A DNA stretch of 61,904 bases, counting the filler, from Platydemus manokwari (Eukaryota): assembly GCA_037951405.1 (NCBI GenBank). It is 5 parts of 5 records of this genome, joined end to end, with 100 filler letters (N's around TTAATTAATTAA, not from the genome) between each part and the next. Parts side by side here need not be neighbours in the genome. Positions count along the whole stretch, not along the records: positions 39,199 to 51,516 come from JBBMOY010191117.1; positions 51,617 to 61,904 come from JBBMOY011148882.1; 3 more parts are not named here. One strand, given 5' to 3'. Every line of letters begins with the position of its first letter. Position 1 is the stretch's first letter. Below, in pieces: positions 45,301 to 60,151 of this stretch. The notes below the pieces were generated by a model, which had not been told where the DNA came from, did no database searches, and was given only the letters and a program-made list of their open reading frames with translations. The position numbers were made by a program, and so were the translations under genes.

Positions 45301-47720
45301 TTATTTCATTTATGCATAATTATTTTGATAATTTATTTTATTATAAGTTTTGATTTCATTATTTTTTATTTAAAAAAAATTTTGTTTTTTTTATTTTAAA
45401 AAAAGTTTTTTCTAAAAATGTTTTATTTATAACATCACTTTACTTACTGAATGAGAACTTTGGGCAGTGTACGCCCCTAAAGACTGACTCTACTTGCCAC
45501 TGAGAATCGAAATAAAAATTGATCAATGTGAGAATGAATGTAAACCCAAAATTTGAAAATCTTTTTAATTTTTTTCAGAGTTTAAAAATCAATTGTAAAA
45601 CGATATTTTCAAAACTATTTACAAATACTGGAACTTAATTTCACATTTATCTTATCCAATTGTATATTCATCACTTAATTAGCACATCACAAATTAATAA
45701 TGATCAAACAATATTAAGAAGAAATTTAGTCTTGCAAATCTCATATTTTTTCAATGATAGAGCTAGTTAGGATTCGTGCTATAAAACAGTTTTCTATTAT
45801 AAACTCATGTGCATCCGTGATTTAACCATTTATGAAATACTTATACGAAATTTCAAGTCGTCAAAAGGATTGTACCAGATCATGAAAGAAAATGATTAAC
45901 ATAACTAGGCATAAGCAATCATTAATCTTATTAGATAAATCCTCATTAATTCGATTTTATTAATATTGTTTATTTAGGGATGTACTTACAAAAATATTTA
46001 TCATAAAAATATAAACATTAAAAATATTTTATCATTTTATTTACTGATACTTTTCAGTACACAACTCATTAGTTATGAAATTCCAAAAAAATTGGATTTT
46101 CAATTTATTAATGACCTTCAATATAGAAGATAGACATTATATAAGACGACATAAAATTTAAAACTTTTGTGTTTTCAGGTGACTACAATGTAAAGATTCT
46201 CAATGAATGAAAAAATATTTAAGTTCAAAATTAAATTTTATAAACCTTCACATGGTGGTGATTTTTTTATTGATGGAATGCAAAATAACAATAATCCTAG
46301 AAGAAAAGTTAGAATAATATAATAATAATTTGATGTAATAATATTAATATAATATTTTATTATTTTGTTTAAATCAATGTGAAATTGATGAATATCAACT
46401 AGTTTACGAGAATTATTATAAAATATTTTGATAGCCTTGCAAAATAAAATTTTTTAAAATAAATTTCTACTATAAATCTAGTCGTATCATTCAAATCCAG
46501 GGTATAATGATATTACTTTGGAATGAAACGTTTCATTATGTTACGTGAAATTATTATTAAATATTTTGAAAACCTACTGTAATTAATAATGAAATACAAC
46601 AAGTCACGGCAGTCATTTTAATTCAGGATATAATAAAGTTACATTGAATCGAAATGTTTCATTATTTTAAGTCGAATTATCATTGTCTAGCAAACAATAG
46701 ATTTGATCGACATGGAAAAACTATAATAAATAGATTCACTTGGGATGTCGAAAATGCATTTAGGCTGAACAGCTAGGTATTTCAATATCCACTGTGGGTA
46801 TTTAATAGAAACAAAAATAAGAGAGATAGAAATATAGAAATTTTAGTAATTACACCCTTGGGTTGAACAATAAAACTTTCAATATCCGTTGTGGATAATA
46901 AAAAAAACCCCATAATAAAATGAAACAATATTTATGTTTAACTTTTCATTAAATCATTTGTGTATGGAAAACATTATTTTTTATTTCTGTTTTAATATTT
47001 ATCATCGAAATATTATTGGCCACCAAATAATAGCATTGATCACCACATTAGTTAAATAAGAATTTAGATTTCTACCAAATATGCAATGATAACCAGCAAT
47101 TGGACCAGATCATGAATGAAAACAGTTATTACAATAGGGTATTAGTAAAATGGTTAAAAACCTTGTCAGCAAGTATTTCGTTAATCTTTTAATATAAATC
47201 CTCACTAGATTGGATGTGATTATTATCGTAATTTTTAGGATCTTTTTACAAAAATATTTATCTCAAAACAACAAATATTTTCATATTCTATATGATACAT
47301 TAGTAAAAATAGGTGTATTAATCTCTAGTTTGGATGATTTTTATCCTGATATTTACCAGTTTTTCTGGCAGTTATAAATATTTAATACAAAACTAGTTAT
47401 ATTATTTTTTTAAGATAATCTTGTCTTTTTTGTAATCGAATAACCGATATTTACAATTAAAAAAGAGTGAGTATAATTTCTTGTCAATTTGTAGATAAAT
47501 CCGTATGCATCTTAAAATGTCTATTTTAGTTGATAATTTTTAGTTGATAAAAATACTAAAGTAATTTTATTTAAAATAGTGTTATCATAATATAACACGT
47601 TAATCGATTTAAATGTAATCAACAATGATAAACAGGATAAAAAAGTTCAATTGGTGCAAAGAAGTTAAGAATATATCAAATATCTATTCACTTGTATAAT
47701 AAAGTTAAAACTGAGCACCA

Positions 47721-48462
47721 TCAAGGAATATTGTGGTACCCTTGCCAGACATCTTTACTATTTCTCCATTTAGCCGGGAGAGTGCTGAAAGCGAATTTAA
47801 CCAGAACGCATCGTTTTCGATCATCATTGTAATAAAATGATTTACAATTATCATCTTGAAGACATCTAAAAATAAAAATATTCAAAGTGATTTACAATTA
47901 CAAAATCCATTTACAGTGCTCCACAATGCAATTTACTTTTCGAATTGATAACTTTATAATAGCCGATTTCCTCATCATTGTTATAAATATTAATGTTATC
48001 GATTTTGAAGTTTTTTGAATTTATCTTCGTCCTATTAACACTAATACATAAACTGCTACGGTTGTGGGTGCATGGGAAATCGCAAACACTTCTGAAATGA
48101 CTTTGAGAGCAATCTTCACTTCCACCATAAAAATTCGGTTCACCATTCTTCCAAATATTCGGATCATTAGATAATGACCCATCAGTATTCATCCAGTTTG
48201 TTTTGCTGGTATATCGTTCCTTAAACAAATCCGTCATTCCTAAAATAAATAAAGTGTCATCAGGAAGACAAGACCAAAAATGTTTTATTTCCGTGTCCAT
48301 CGGTAGTCTTCCATTTATTGAATAACATCTTTCAGAAGCTTCACAATATGATCGCTCTTGATTTTCATAATTATAGCAAAGCGTTTCGCATGGTTTGTAT
48401 TTAATAGGACATATCATTTCTTCGGATTGATCCAAAATGAACAAGATGAAATAAAATATCAT
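47721..48462 (-). CDS. Secreted C-type lectin + PAN/apple domain protein (exons 48462-47915, 47865-47721; 230 aa)
   Basis: Hydrophobic N-terminus MIFYFILFIL, then a CTLD (LCY...EASERCYSINGRL...ILGMTD...W.NGEPN...EDC...CDFPC...C). A 49-nt phase-2 intron joins a PAN-like tail (SKLHCGALCLQDDNCKSFYYNDDRKRCVL). Confidence 0.85.
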
Positions 48463-50879
48463 TTTAAAAATGATAAAACTGGTAAAACAATTATTCTATG
48501 CTGATTTTTTATCCAATGAAAATTGATTTTAATAAAGTTTATTTTGAATTCTAGCTTCATAGCATTTTTTTTCCTAAAAAGTATTTTATGTGCTTGCCCT
48601 CTTTTCTTAAATTTATAAACATTTCTGATAATTGTGTAAATATTTTTTTTATTTCAATTTTATAAGCGCTACAATCCATAAATGAGTTTTACTTCTTCAC
48701 CTGCCTGCGAGCACTCTTGATTTTCTTCTAATCAAAACCAGATATATCAAATATTTTCATTATTCCTTCAATATACGCTTATGTTAATTTTCTTTCGGAA
48801 AAATACATTTTTTTATTAAACTATTTTGATATCGTTTCTTAATTTGCTGATTAATACTTTAATATTTATTACTATTTCATAGATATTTTCAAGTAAATGG
48901 AAATAATATCAAATAAACATAAGATTTCTTATAATGTGTTTCGTTTCTTCAATTCTTAAATACTTATAATTTTCGTCACAATTCAACAGAAATCACAAAA
49001 TTTGAATTTCGTTTCTTTCTTAATTCTCATTTCTTTTATTAGAAATTCTTGATTCATTTTGGAGTATTTTAAATATAATTTGAAATTCGTCTTGGTAAAT
49101 TTTGCAATCATAAGTATTTGACTACAATTTTCTTTGTTTTAATGAAACCTGCATTCATTGCATTTTACTGTCTTGCTTTCCGGGGATAAAAACATTAAAT
49201 TGAATTCGCATTAGTAACTGTACCATTCTTCTCCACTCATACAGCTATAGAATTGTTACTACTATAGTACTATAACCATTTAATTTTTGAATCTCAATCT
49301 CGAATGCAGTTTCTTTCCATGGTTTTTTGATAAATTTCTAGTATTCATCATTGTATTTTATAACAAAGATTTTATTGTTAGGAAAAGTTGAGAGCCTAAT
49401 TTCATTTAATATTAGCCCTGAATCTGTTGTTTATATTTTTTGTGACAAATAATATTTTTTTTATTTTCTTCTTTCAGTAGAACTCCGCGTGTCTCTGGTT
49501 GTTTTCTAATCATTTTGAGTGTATCATGTCTCTGCGCTGACGACATTGTCTTTGCTAAATAGATTCATTCATTAATTTGTTCCCATACTTTTCCGTCCTA
49601 AGATAAAGCAAATATAACTTTATTTTAAAGAGACATTACCTGATAGCTTTTTATCATTTAAATATCAACGGTGCTCAAATACTATGACTTGAAGAAGAGG
49701 CTGAATACTTAGTCATGTATTCCTTTATTACATCTTAGTATTATCTTAGTTCTTGTTTCTCTACTTGCATAAATTTTAAAATTTCAAATGCAACCATTTC
49801 TTTATTAGATACGAAAATTTAAGTGAGAAAATAAATTTAAAACTTATATGACTGATTTTCATGATTAGATTAGTTTGGGTTCATGTCATCATGGATTTGC
49901 ATTTAAGTAAGCGAAACTTAGTGATTGCTGTTTTGTTGAAAGAAAATTTATCAGTATTTTTGAGAATTTCTTTATCAATTCCAGTTGATATAAATGTGTA
50001 ATGTATTTCAGGTATTATTAATAGATTTAAATAAATTTTATACTTCATTGAAAAAATGTTACTTGGAAATTTTCATTAATTTATTTATTTACAAAAACAA
50101 AATATAATGTCAATTGTCATAAATATTAATTTATGTTCTATTGAAACGTTTTTGGTCATTTAACTACAAACCGCGTATTTTGTAAAGTGGTTATTATGAA
50201 AAAAATGCTCAAATTTCTTAAAAGACGTATAAAATATGCTACTCAATAAATATAAGATAAAAAGATATATGGAATGTCAAATGTGTTCAACAAATGATAT
50301 TCAATTACATTTGATGTGATGATATATAGATACACACACAGTGTTTTGATTAAATATTATGCTACTTACAATAAATCCTTTCATCAGCAGAAATAATTCA
50401 ACATCGGATTGCATAATATTTCTAAAATAATATCTAGATAACACCAATATTTCAGTTTTCCAAATATAGTTTTCCGTCAAAAGGACATTTAGCATTGTTA
50501 TATTGCTTATCAGCAGTGAAACATTTTAATTAATTTAAATTCATTTAAAAATTACGATAAATAATTGAAATAAACATAGAATTAAAATTATTAAAATCCG
50601 ACCCGACAAGTACTTGTACAAAAATTTATTAGAAAATATTATAGCATATTTATGTTTTAACAGGGCCTATTAACTAATGTTTGTTAATGTAATTAATCAT
50701 ATATTTTCCTATTTTCACATTCATTAATAAAATATTTTATCACTTAATTATTTCAAATTAACATACCAATATTTCAAGTGATTAATAAAAACAAAATATA
50801 TAAAATTAAATATCTCATTGGCCAGAAAATCTAATTAAATAAAATTATCAACATTAAATAATGCAATACAATTTTCAAA

Positions 50880-51390
50880 ATGATATTTTATTTCTTATTT
50901 CTCCTGTATTTTTAGGCCATGTTTAAGTGTAGGTACTTTTCTTTATACAGGATTGTCAGATCGGACATTATCTGGGATGATTGGTTGAATACTGAAACAG
51001 ATAATTATGATTGGAATGAAGATTGCACGAAAAGTCTAAATCAAGGCATTCATGATACTCCGTGTTATTACAGTTGGGGATATGTGTGTGTCAGCTATTA
51101 TTTAGTTAAAATCGATTAAATATATCTTTAAAATTGATTTAAAGAAAATCTATAATAATGATAAAGAAATCGGTTGTTATAAAGAAATCAATTCGAAAAC
51201 AAATTTGCATTCTGCATCAATGTAAATCAATTTTTCTTTTATAAATATTTTATAAATGTCTATTGTAGATGTCTTCAAGATGATACTTTTAAGTCAATAT
51301 ATAAAAACTCTATGTACTGGTTGAATATACTTCCCAATACGTTGGAACAACGGACATAATGCCTGGCAGGAGTACCATACTATTCATTAA
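50880..51390 (+). pseudogene. C-type lectin + PAN paralogue, inverted, internally deleted pseudogene
   Basis: Same ATGATATTTTATTTC start, an EDC...HDTPC...YVCVS motif, EIGCYKEINSK and the same intron followed by ATGTCTTCAAGATGAT. It has in-frame stops and has lost the N-terminal half of the CTLD. Confidence 0.75.
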
Positions 51391-51789
51391 TGGATATCGA
51401 TTGAATTCTTCAAGTGAATAATTTTTTATTGGGTCTATTACTTAATAACCGGAATTTGACACCAGATGTAAACACTTGTGTGTGTGCTGTAGCAAATCAT
51501 TAACATACACGTCATTNNNNNNNNNNNNNNNNNNNNNNNNNNNNNNNNNNNNNNNNNNNNTTAATTAATTAANNNNNNNNNNNNNNNNNNNNNNNNNNNN
51601 NNNNNNNNNNNNNNNNAGACCTTTATAGAAAGATATGGAATTGGTCCTGAGATCATTCATCACCAAATTAGAGCAAAGATTTGATGTTTTATGCCAGAAT
51701 ATGCAAAATCGTTGTTATTATTAAATACATATTATTTTTTTGGTGTTGAAAACATTTTTCTGTTACAAAAAATTTACTTTATTATTTTT

Positions 51790-51863
51790 TTTAGTCCGTA
51801 GTGGTCGCGAAAAAGTTTGGACTCGTAAAGTGTGTCGCAACACCAAAAGCGTGAAGACCACTG
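51790..51863. mobile_element. hAT MITE end
   Basis: GGTCGCG/GTGTCGC subterminal motifs and the terminus GTGAAGACCACTG (CAGTGGTCTTCAC). Confidence 0.5.
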
Positions 51864-52336
51864 GTCTAAGATAAGCTTGAAACGATTAATCGATAGGGGT
51901 AATCACAAAGCATTATCTGTTTTCCTGTATATTCTCCATCGAAAAGCTTTGAAATTAATTTATTTAAATATCAGGCCTAATAGATTTTAATGTGTCAATT
52001 ATATAATTACTGTTCCTAGTATTCAAATTGATGTTTGATGTTTGGACTGTTATTACTCAGAGTTTAATTGCCTTGTGATTTTGGAACATTTAGATTCGCC
52101 TATAAAAGAAAATCGATATATCTACAATATAAACATCGTTGTTCTGCAATTATTAAGAACATCCTCGTAGCACAATTATTTTAATGGAGATATTATTTCC
52201 AAATTTTTAGATTTTAAAATTATCTTATTGCAACCATTGCTATGTCCTTTATTATTGATTTTTAATAACGCTCTCTAAATTTATTAATTGTAGTGATATA
52301 TTGTGATGAATTCTAATATTATTTAGATCCGTAGAT

Positions 52337-55300
52337 ATGAGTATATTTGATGAATCTCCTACCAATAAGAATCCAGACAACATGAATCAATCCCCTAGCG
52401 ATCGTGAGTCATCTTTTATTATCTTCTTTCAGAAAACATATTATCGATAACAAACATATTTTTTATGAGATTCAAAATAAATTTTTAGTCGGTGGATCCC
52501 TGAAATACGTGAAAAATGATTCGCCTATCAAACAAGGACTGTCCATGGAAATAGCCAATGATTTTCAACTTAATTTCGATAAGTTTCAAACTCGCATTGA
52601 AATTATTGAGCAGGCTATTGAAGAATTGTCTATGTATATCGATGGAGGAGCGTCTGGATCTTCTGGATCACAGTATGGTGATTTAGATGGTTCAAATGAT
52701 CGCCATCAGAGAGACACGGAAAATCGATTGCAAAATATTCTCTTAGCATATGATAATTTGCGTAAAGATTTCACACAAGTTTGCCAAGTTTGGAAAGACA
52801 CTGCTAAAAGTAATTTTAATGATTTTCATAAAATAATATTCGATTAATTGTTTAAATGATCAATATATTTGTAAATATTCAAATATCTGAGATTCCATTG
52901 ATGAACAATGCTTTATAATATTAATAGATCACCTTTGATGATCATCAGCCTACACCGATGCTCAATAGAATCATATCAATAACGAATCATTCATTTATTT
53001 ATATCTTATAATCAACATTTTTATAGATTAATTTTATTGAATTTTTCATAGCGAATTTCAAATCAAAATGGGTTGAATTTTGGAAATAATTGGCGTTGTT
53101 TCAAAGAATTTCGAATCCAAACTGTTATTATCTGTTAATTCTCTAAAAAAGATTTCATTGATCGTTACTAAGGAGAATATTCACTCCATCAACTTAATCA
53201 AATTTAAAGCCAACATCATTTCCTAATAGTTTATCTTGTGTATTACATGAATAAATTTACAATATTATATCCAAGCATTACCAATATTTTCTATGAGAAA
53301 CACAACCCCTTGTACAGATTCCTAATAACGCCATTGCTCAAAGAAGTATTCGCGACTTATAAGGCTCATACGGACCGAAGAATGTCTGTTGGGATCGAGT
53401 ATTAACTCTCCAGCACTGGCCAACCGAAACAACAAGTGTATAACAGAGCTATTCGCCAATGTTGTAAAGCGAATGGGAAGACTTCAAATGAAGAAATATC
53501 GAATATCAGAAACATCAATCTTAATAATTCAATTTAAAAGTCGACGTGATGACTTCTGCGACACGGTCCTGAAGACTGTTATGTTTATGCCTAATAAATC
53601 TTAATAATCCTAATATATTAAAATTTATATCACAATTATGATGAGATCGATAATGGAGAAAACAATTTAATGTTTGGGTTGATGTGCGGACATTTAAAAA
53701 TAGGCTTAGATAATATTGTAATCCATATTCGACAAGTTCATCACCAATGTTCATAAAAATATTTGTATACTCGACTGTTTTGTAAATTTCAAATATTGAT
53801 TTTTTTATTATTATAGAATTTCCAAAAATGCCCGCTTATATTTTATTTATTGATCTAAAATTCTGAAAATTAATTTTACTGGAAATTATTGAATATTGAT
53901 CGATATGACTTGATCTTTTAATTTTTATCTCACTTAATAAATATGTAGAAATAATTATTTATAATTTATTATCAAAATGTCATTTCACATACCACTTTTA
54001 ACGCCAGTAGCTTATATCGGAGAATGTCATTTTCGATTGAAATGTTGTTTTTTCTTATTTATCATCTTAATTTATTCAACCGGCAAATATCGGAGAACAT
54101 TTTTATCATCCAATACTTCACCAATGTAACCATAGCAATTATATATTGATTATCTTTAATAATAATGAGAATTGTGGAAAATTACATGAACAAAATTCTT
54201 TGAAAATTTAATATTGATATCTTGATAAACGGTGTAAATTTGGTCGATTTGATCGATATGATCGACATTGATAATGGTGATTGTAATAAAAGTATAATAA
54301 TGTTTATATTATTAATAATGATATTTGTAGTAAAGTCTAATGTCATTGTATTACAGATTACATGCCAGCGAGTAAAGTCATGCATAACATGGATTCCACG
54401 GAACAAATCGAAGGCAGTCTATTCCAGCTGCGTATGCAACTCGATGATCTGGAGCGACATGTGAATCAAAGTCGTCAATTACCTTTAAACGGTCATAGCA
54501 ATGGTACATTTTTATTATTCTTTTTGATTTATTGAATATTATTGTCAATGGCAACTGAAATCAATTCTCTTGCCAAATATTATGTTGAAAACAATAGCAG
54601 AATATTTATATTTGTGTTGTGCTGTTAATTGACCTGATAATTGACACTGAGATTGAATTATCGATATCTGAATCAGATCAGATTTTTTAACAATATATAA
54701 TGGATAAATTATGATGTATTCCAGTGATCTGTTGTTTATTGCATTGATTCGGCTTCATTTATATCGATACATTGGATAAATTCATACGTTTTCATCACCT
54801 ATACCAAATTATTGATTTAACAGGTTTTTGAAATTTATTAAAAATAATTTGATATGATTTGTCAAACAAAAGTAGTAATGCTTCAATCGATAATAAGAGT
54901 TAATAAAAAATATGATGAAATACTCGATCTGAGTCAATAAGGGTTTTGTAAAAATATCAATAATGATTTATCTAAGAATGATATGGTAATTTTAAATTGT
55001 TTGCTTAACTCTGGCTTAGAAGATATTCGTTAGGAACGACTTCTTAAAGTAACCCAATTATAAGAAGTATTCTAAGAAATATTTCCTGAAACAATAAGGA
55101 AATCGATTAGCTGGACAGCTATTTCAGAATCTGGCATTTAATGAATTATTTTTTGGAAATAATAAAAACCCTCAAATCATAAAGGTTTTCGCCAGATAAT
55201 GTATATCTTCATTGATGAATGCATATTGAATTCTTTATTTGTCGTTTTGCCGAATATATATATATATATATATATATGGCACTAATACAAATTCAGGTGC

Positions 55301-58243
55301 ATGGGTCAAAATTATTAAATCAATTTAAGATATTTGAGATAAATATTTTTGAAAATTGTAAATATGCTTGTTTGGACTCATTATTTCGATATTCTGAATA
55401 GTCTACATCACTACCGATAACAAATCACAACGAACTAAAAATAGATTCGATCTAAAGTTTTATTTCAATTGTAATTGGTCCTTGATTTAGTGGATTAGAT
55501 TTGATAGAATTATATATATATATATATAATTTAATTGAAATTTAATTTAAAATTACATTTAATCGATTATTTGTTTTCAATAGAATTAATTAATATTAAT
55601 AATTGAGATATTAATTAAGCGAATTTGTATTTTATCATTTTACAAGGAATTATCATCAATTTATTTATTTGTGTGCATTTAATTGTATTTCTTATCGAAT
55701 TAGTGCTGGAAAATTATGACATTCTATTATTTTTTGAAATTTTATAAGATGAAATATTTAGAAAATTTGATAAAAAGTAATTCACCCATTTTTAATATTG
55801 GCTATCGTGTGAGAAATAAATCCAGCCATTATGGAATAACATTAATAATAATTGATTAACCCATTTATTGTACAAGTTAAATAGTTGATAAATTTTGTTT
55901 TGATATCATAAATTTGGTGACAGTTTCACAAGAAAATTATTGACCTATTCAATTCTTGATTGATAAGTCTGAGGTCATCATTTTTTACAACACGAGATTG
56001 ACAGCATAATTTGTTATAGCACCAATCAATAATTTGGATCGTAATCAAGATCTCGTTAAACGCATGACAAATCTCGAAGATAAATATCGTGATCTTTTGG
56101 GACGGTACCATGATCTGAAGAGATTGTCTTCACCATCAAGACAGAGTGACATGGAAGATATTGTCCGTCAGTTACAGAATGTTGTTATCGAAGCTAATGG
56201 ACGCTCTTCAATAATCGCAACTCCTGAACTTTTTGAAAATATGTTACATCAAGATCTTATCGATTCAATGAAACGTCATTTATCATCAGATAGTCCGCCT
56301 TACTTTCTTACTGAAGATGGGCAGTCTAGTACCAATAGTTCGTTGGGAAAAGGTCGTTCGAAACGAAAAAGTAAGAACCAGTTACGGAATACTTAAAATA
56401 AATGGCTTTTATTAGAAGGACATCGATTAGGCGATGATAATGATTGGAATCATCAACCAGGTCAGGAAATTTCTCCAAAATCTCAGGGCTCTCCACGATC
56501 CATCGATGCTAAAAGTAGTCGTAGCCCACCTAACCAAATCAGACAATATGACAGCCAACCGGTTTCTCTGGTAAGTAGTACTTCCGGTGTCCAAGGTGCT
56601 ACCAGTGGAGAAACTCTACTAGTAGATGATCGGTATTTATTGGTTTATTTTCATATCAATTCAATCGTTAATTTAAGAGGAATACTTAAGGAACCGTTTC
56701 GCAATAGCTCGACCAGTTTAAACGATGTATTTTTGCGTACACCAAATAAAGTTGAAACTCCAACAAAACCTCGAAATTTCCCCAATAGCGTTGATTTAGA
56801 GAGATCCCGAAGTCGGCCTAACAGGTAATTGCAATCAATTTCCATCATTTATATAAATATTAATTCGAATCCGCAATATTTTTACATGATAAATCATTGA
56901 GATTTACTGTGTGTTGAATTGTAGTTCCGGATTGCAAAACCTTGATGAGGATGTAAAACGATTAGATGAACATCTAGCCAGAATAGAGCTTGAAGAAAAA
57001 AATAGATCTTCCGAACACATGGCCAATCGTGATTCAGATGCCGCACCGTCCAGAAACACACGATCTTTATTAGGAACTTCACCCAGTAACAGTAATTATT
57101 CGAGACAGAGCAAACATACCAGTTCAGTGGGTTCCGGTCATGGGTAATATAATATCCATGTTTAATTAACGATGATAAAACATATATATTTTCCCTGGCT
57201 ATAGATCAACGGGAGTTAGACGCTCAAATCGCCGAGATAAGATTGATGATATTAGAAAAAAAAGTATTGCATATAAAATGTCACTTGAGTCCACAGATAG
57301 TGGAGAAGAAAGTGCTAGCTATGGCGATGATGATCTGGAGGATTATGTGAGAGGCGCCAGTTGTGGAATTGGTCCTCGATCGAGATATGTTAGAAAAAAG
57401 AATAATAATGTCCAAGATAGATGGTCACAAACTCCTTTAAGATCATATCATAAATCACCCAGGCTGGGAGCTTGTAATTATATATTATTCCATTATAATT
57501 GATAATATATATCGTACTTGTACCCTTAAAGACGATCGTGATCTGTCCCCCGCATACGATAATCCTTATGTTGATGATGTCGCTTACTGGGATGGTATCG
57601 CTTTCCATCCAGCTAGAGAGGGTTTACCTGGGAAATCAATTCTTCGACAATCTTCACCTCATTCTAAACGCCGTAGAAAGCATTTGTTTCAAGACTCACT
57701 TCCAACTCGATCGTATAACGATTCATTTTCAAGACCATCATTTCCTGTATCTTCCCGAATGTAAATATTTATTTGATAACTTATTAATTAATCCTTCCAT
57801 ATAGCCCTTATTCCTTTGATCCCTCTCTCCGAGAATACTCAACCATGGGTCCACATCGATATTTTGTACGGGAATATCCTCAATTGAACAGGTTTGTCAT
57901 ACAGAATTCCATTGTGTAGAAATGTTTTTAGAATTATCTAATTCAGAACCTATCCATATCATATGTCAATGTACGACAACTACGACGATTATGATGACGG
58001 AGAGGACGATTACTACAGAAAAGTATTTGGTTTATTATTATTATTATTGTTGTTATTTGGAAAAATGAATTTCAGTGTGTCGAAGAGCGACGAATGTGTA
58101 ATTATTTAGACGAAGCTATGCGTGCTGCTCGAGACATGAAACAATATACTCGACGATTGACAAATCTTTGTGAACAGAGACAATATGGAAGGAATGATAT
58201 TGGTTCTTACCCACACAGAAATTTCCGACCTTTGTATACATAG
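52337..58243 (+). CDS. AKNA/AKNAD1-like coiled-coil protein (exons 52337-52403, 52489-52809, 54357-54503, 56020-56370, 56416-56632, 56678-56824, 56925-57143, 57205-57473, 57532-57760, 57805-57891, 57947-58022, 58076-58243; 765 aa; possibly 5'-partial)
   Basis: Twelve GT-AG exons splice into one open frame ending in TAG, with AATAAA at ~58266. MDSTEQIEGSLFQLRMQLDDLERHV resembles the AKNA domain motif (FDPERKVEGEIFKLEMLLEDVKE), and the C-terminal LDEAMRAARDMKQYTRRL resembles the AKNA/AKNAD1 C-terminal helix. The gene structure is high confidence and the family assignment moderate. Confidence 0.75.
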
Positions 58244-59549
58244 TAGACACCTAAACAATTAATTGAATAAAGATGTTATTTTCGTATTTGTTTTAATTTG
58301 TTTTGTCATTTTGTTATGTAAAATATCAGGATATGAAATCAATCGTGCGTGAAGGAGTTACTGAAATTGGTGAGGAGATGAATTTACTGCAATGACTGAA
58401 ACTTCTAAATTTTTGAAATAAAACATTCTTTTAGATTTCACTGAATTATCATATAATTTATTATCTTAGAGCCCTTGATAATAATCTAGCCTAAAATATA
58501 ATTTTCATTGAAAGTGCTGTAGCAAGCATTATGATAGAAAGAAACCAAATTAGATAATGGACATAAATATTTCATCAAATTATTGATGGTCTTGAGAACT
58601 CTTCTACAGCTGTGTCAATAAATTGTAGCAAAACGAAAAATTTGGATTAATAACGATAAGCTAATTGGTTAGAGAAACCTTAAAACAGTTCCATTTTAGC
58701 AACTGGCTGTTTTCTATCCATTAAAATTAGACTTTAATGTTTTATCCATTGATATGAAATCAAAATAGAAAATAACTCTCTGGGTCATTGGGTCGAAGTA
58801 GCTAAAGATAAATTATAATTGTTGGAAATATGGCCAAATAAATGCTAAAAACAAAATTTCAATTTAGTAATCATTAATTCACGTTACTATAGAGATGTGT
58901 TATGTAATCGTGACAATTTTAATGTATCATAACAATTCAGAAAATTATCAGAATGAGTCATTAAAATCAGAAAATTATACTCGCAGAACACAGTTTTTCA
59001 CTGCACAATAATTTCACACTCATTCTCGAATTATATCGCGAACATTCCTCAGATACGTGGATATTAATCATATGTGTACTAATTTTCGGATCATATTTTT
59101 ATCTTAATCCAATTTACTAATTTTATCAATTAGAACCATGATTAGAACCATTAAATTATTATTCTTTCAATTGTTTATAGATTAGATCAATCTCCGGAAA
59201 GAAGATTCGTTATAATTCATTAAACCAAATGTTCACAGAATTCAAAGGAATTTATTGAAACCCAAATTCATTCATTAGTTTTAGATCGAAGGGGGGGGGT
59301 ACCACTTAACTCCTTTTTTCCGATTGTTATTATTTTCAGGTGGTTTATACTTAGATTTAAAATCTAGTATAGCACATTTTTTAATTTGTACTATACTGAA
59401 TATGTTTATTGTCTTTATCATTGCTATTTATCATACATATTTATTTGACTTATTACTCCCAACCTATTAATTGCCAGGTTTTTGATGGAATTAACAATTA
59501 TTAACTTCTAACTACTTGAAATTAATTATGATTTGAATCATCGATAATA

Positions 59550-60151
59550 AAAGTTAAGAAAAGGGGTCCTATAATAAATTTTTTAATTTGTTGAGTGTGC
59601 TGAAAAAATCTATATAGTTTATTTAATTATATTATTTATAAAAATTTTGAATTTTTTATTTAAGTATTTCAGAAGAATTTTAGTTGTTTGAAATCAAATT
59701 TCAACTACGCTAGTGCTTCAAAATCTCCTAAAATTTGATTATTTGAAAAATGGATTAAATTAGACCGAATTGCAATTTATTGAAAATTAGCCAGGAACCA
59801 ATTTTACCATTAGAAACAAAATGAGATATACTCTCAATTTTTACAATTTTTTTTAATAAAAAAGCAATGATATTATTAAACGTGTCTCTAGTTAACTAAT
59901 TCGATTTATGATTAGAAATTTACAATTTAAAGACTCAAATAATCATATAGAAGTGCTGTGATTAGAATAGGAAATTGGTGTTATAACTACGTTTTGTGCT
60001 TATAAGACATCCTAAAAAGTGAGACTTTAATTGAATTATACAAATAAATCAACTTTTGTATGTATATATAATTAAATTATAGAATTTTCTCATTAGCGAA
60101 AATTTATTATTACGAAAGTAGGTCAAAGAACCCCTTTACTTAACTTAAGCC
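59550..60151. mobile_element. Second copy of the GGC-terminated MITE (opposite orientation)
   Basis: Ends GAAAGTAGGTCAAAGAACCCCTTTACTTAACTTAAGCC, the reverse complement of 861-898. The body is homologous throughout. Confidence 0.8.

Noticed and set aside
53318-53604. Exon-like GC-richer patch in intron 2 of the AKNA-like gene
   Set aside because: It has a stop in the required phase, and the flanking exons join without it.
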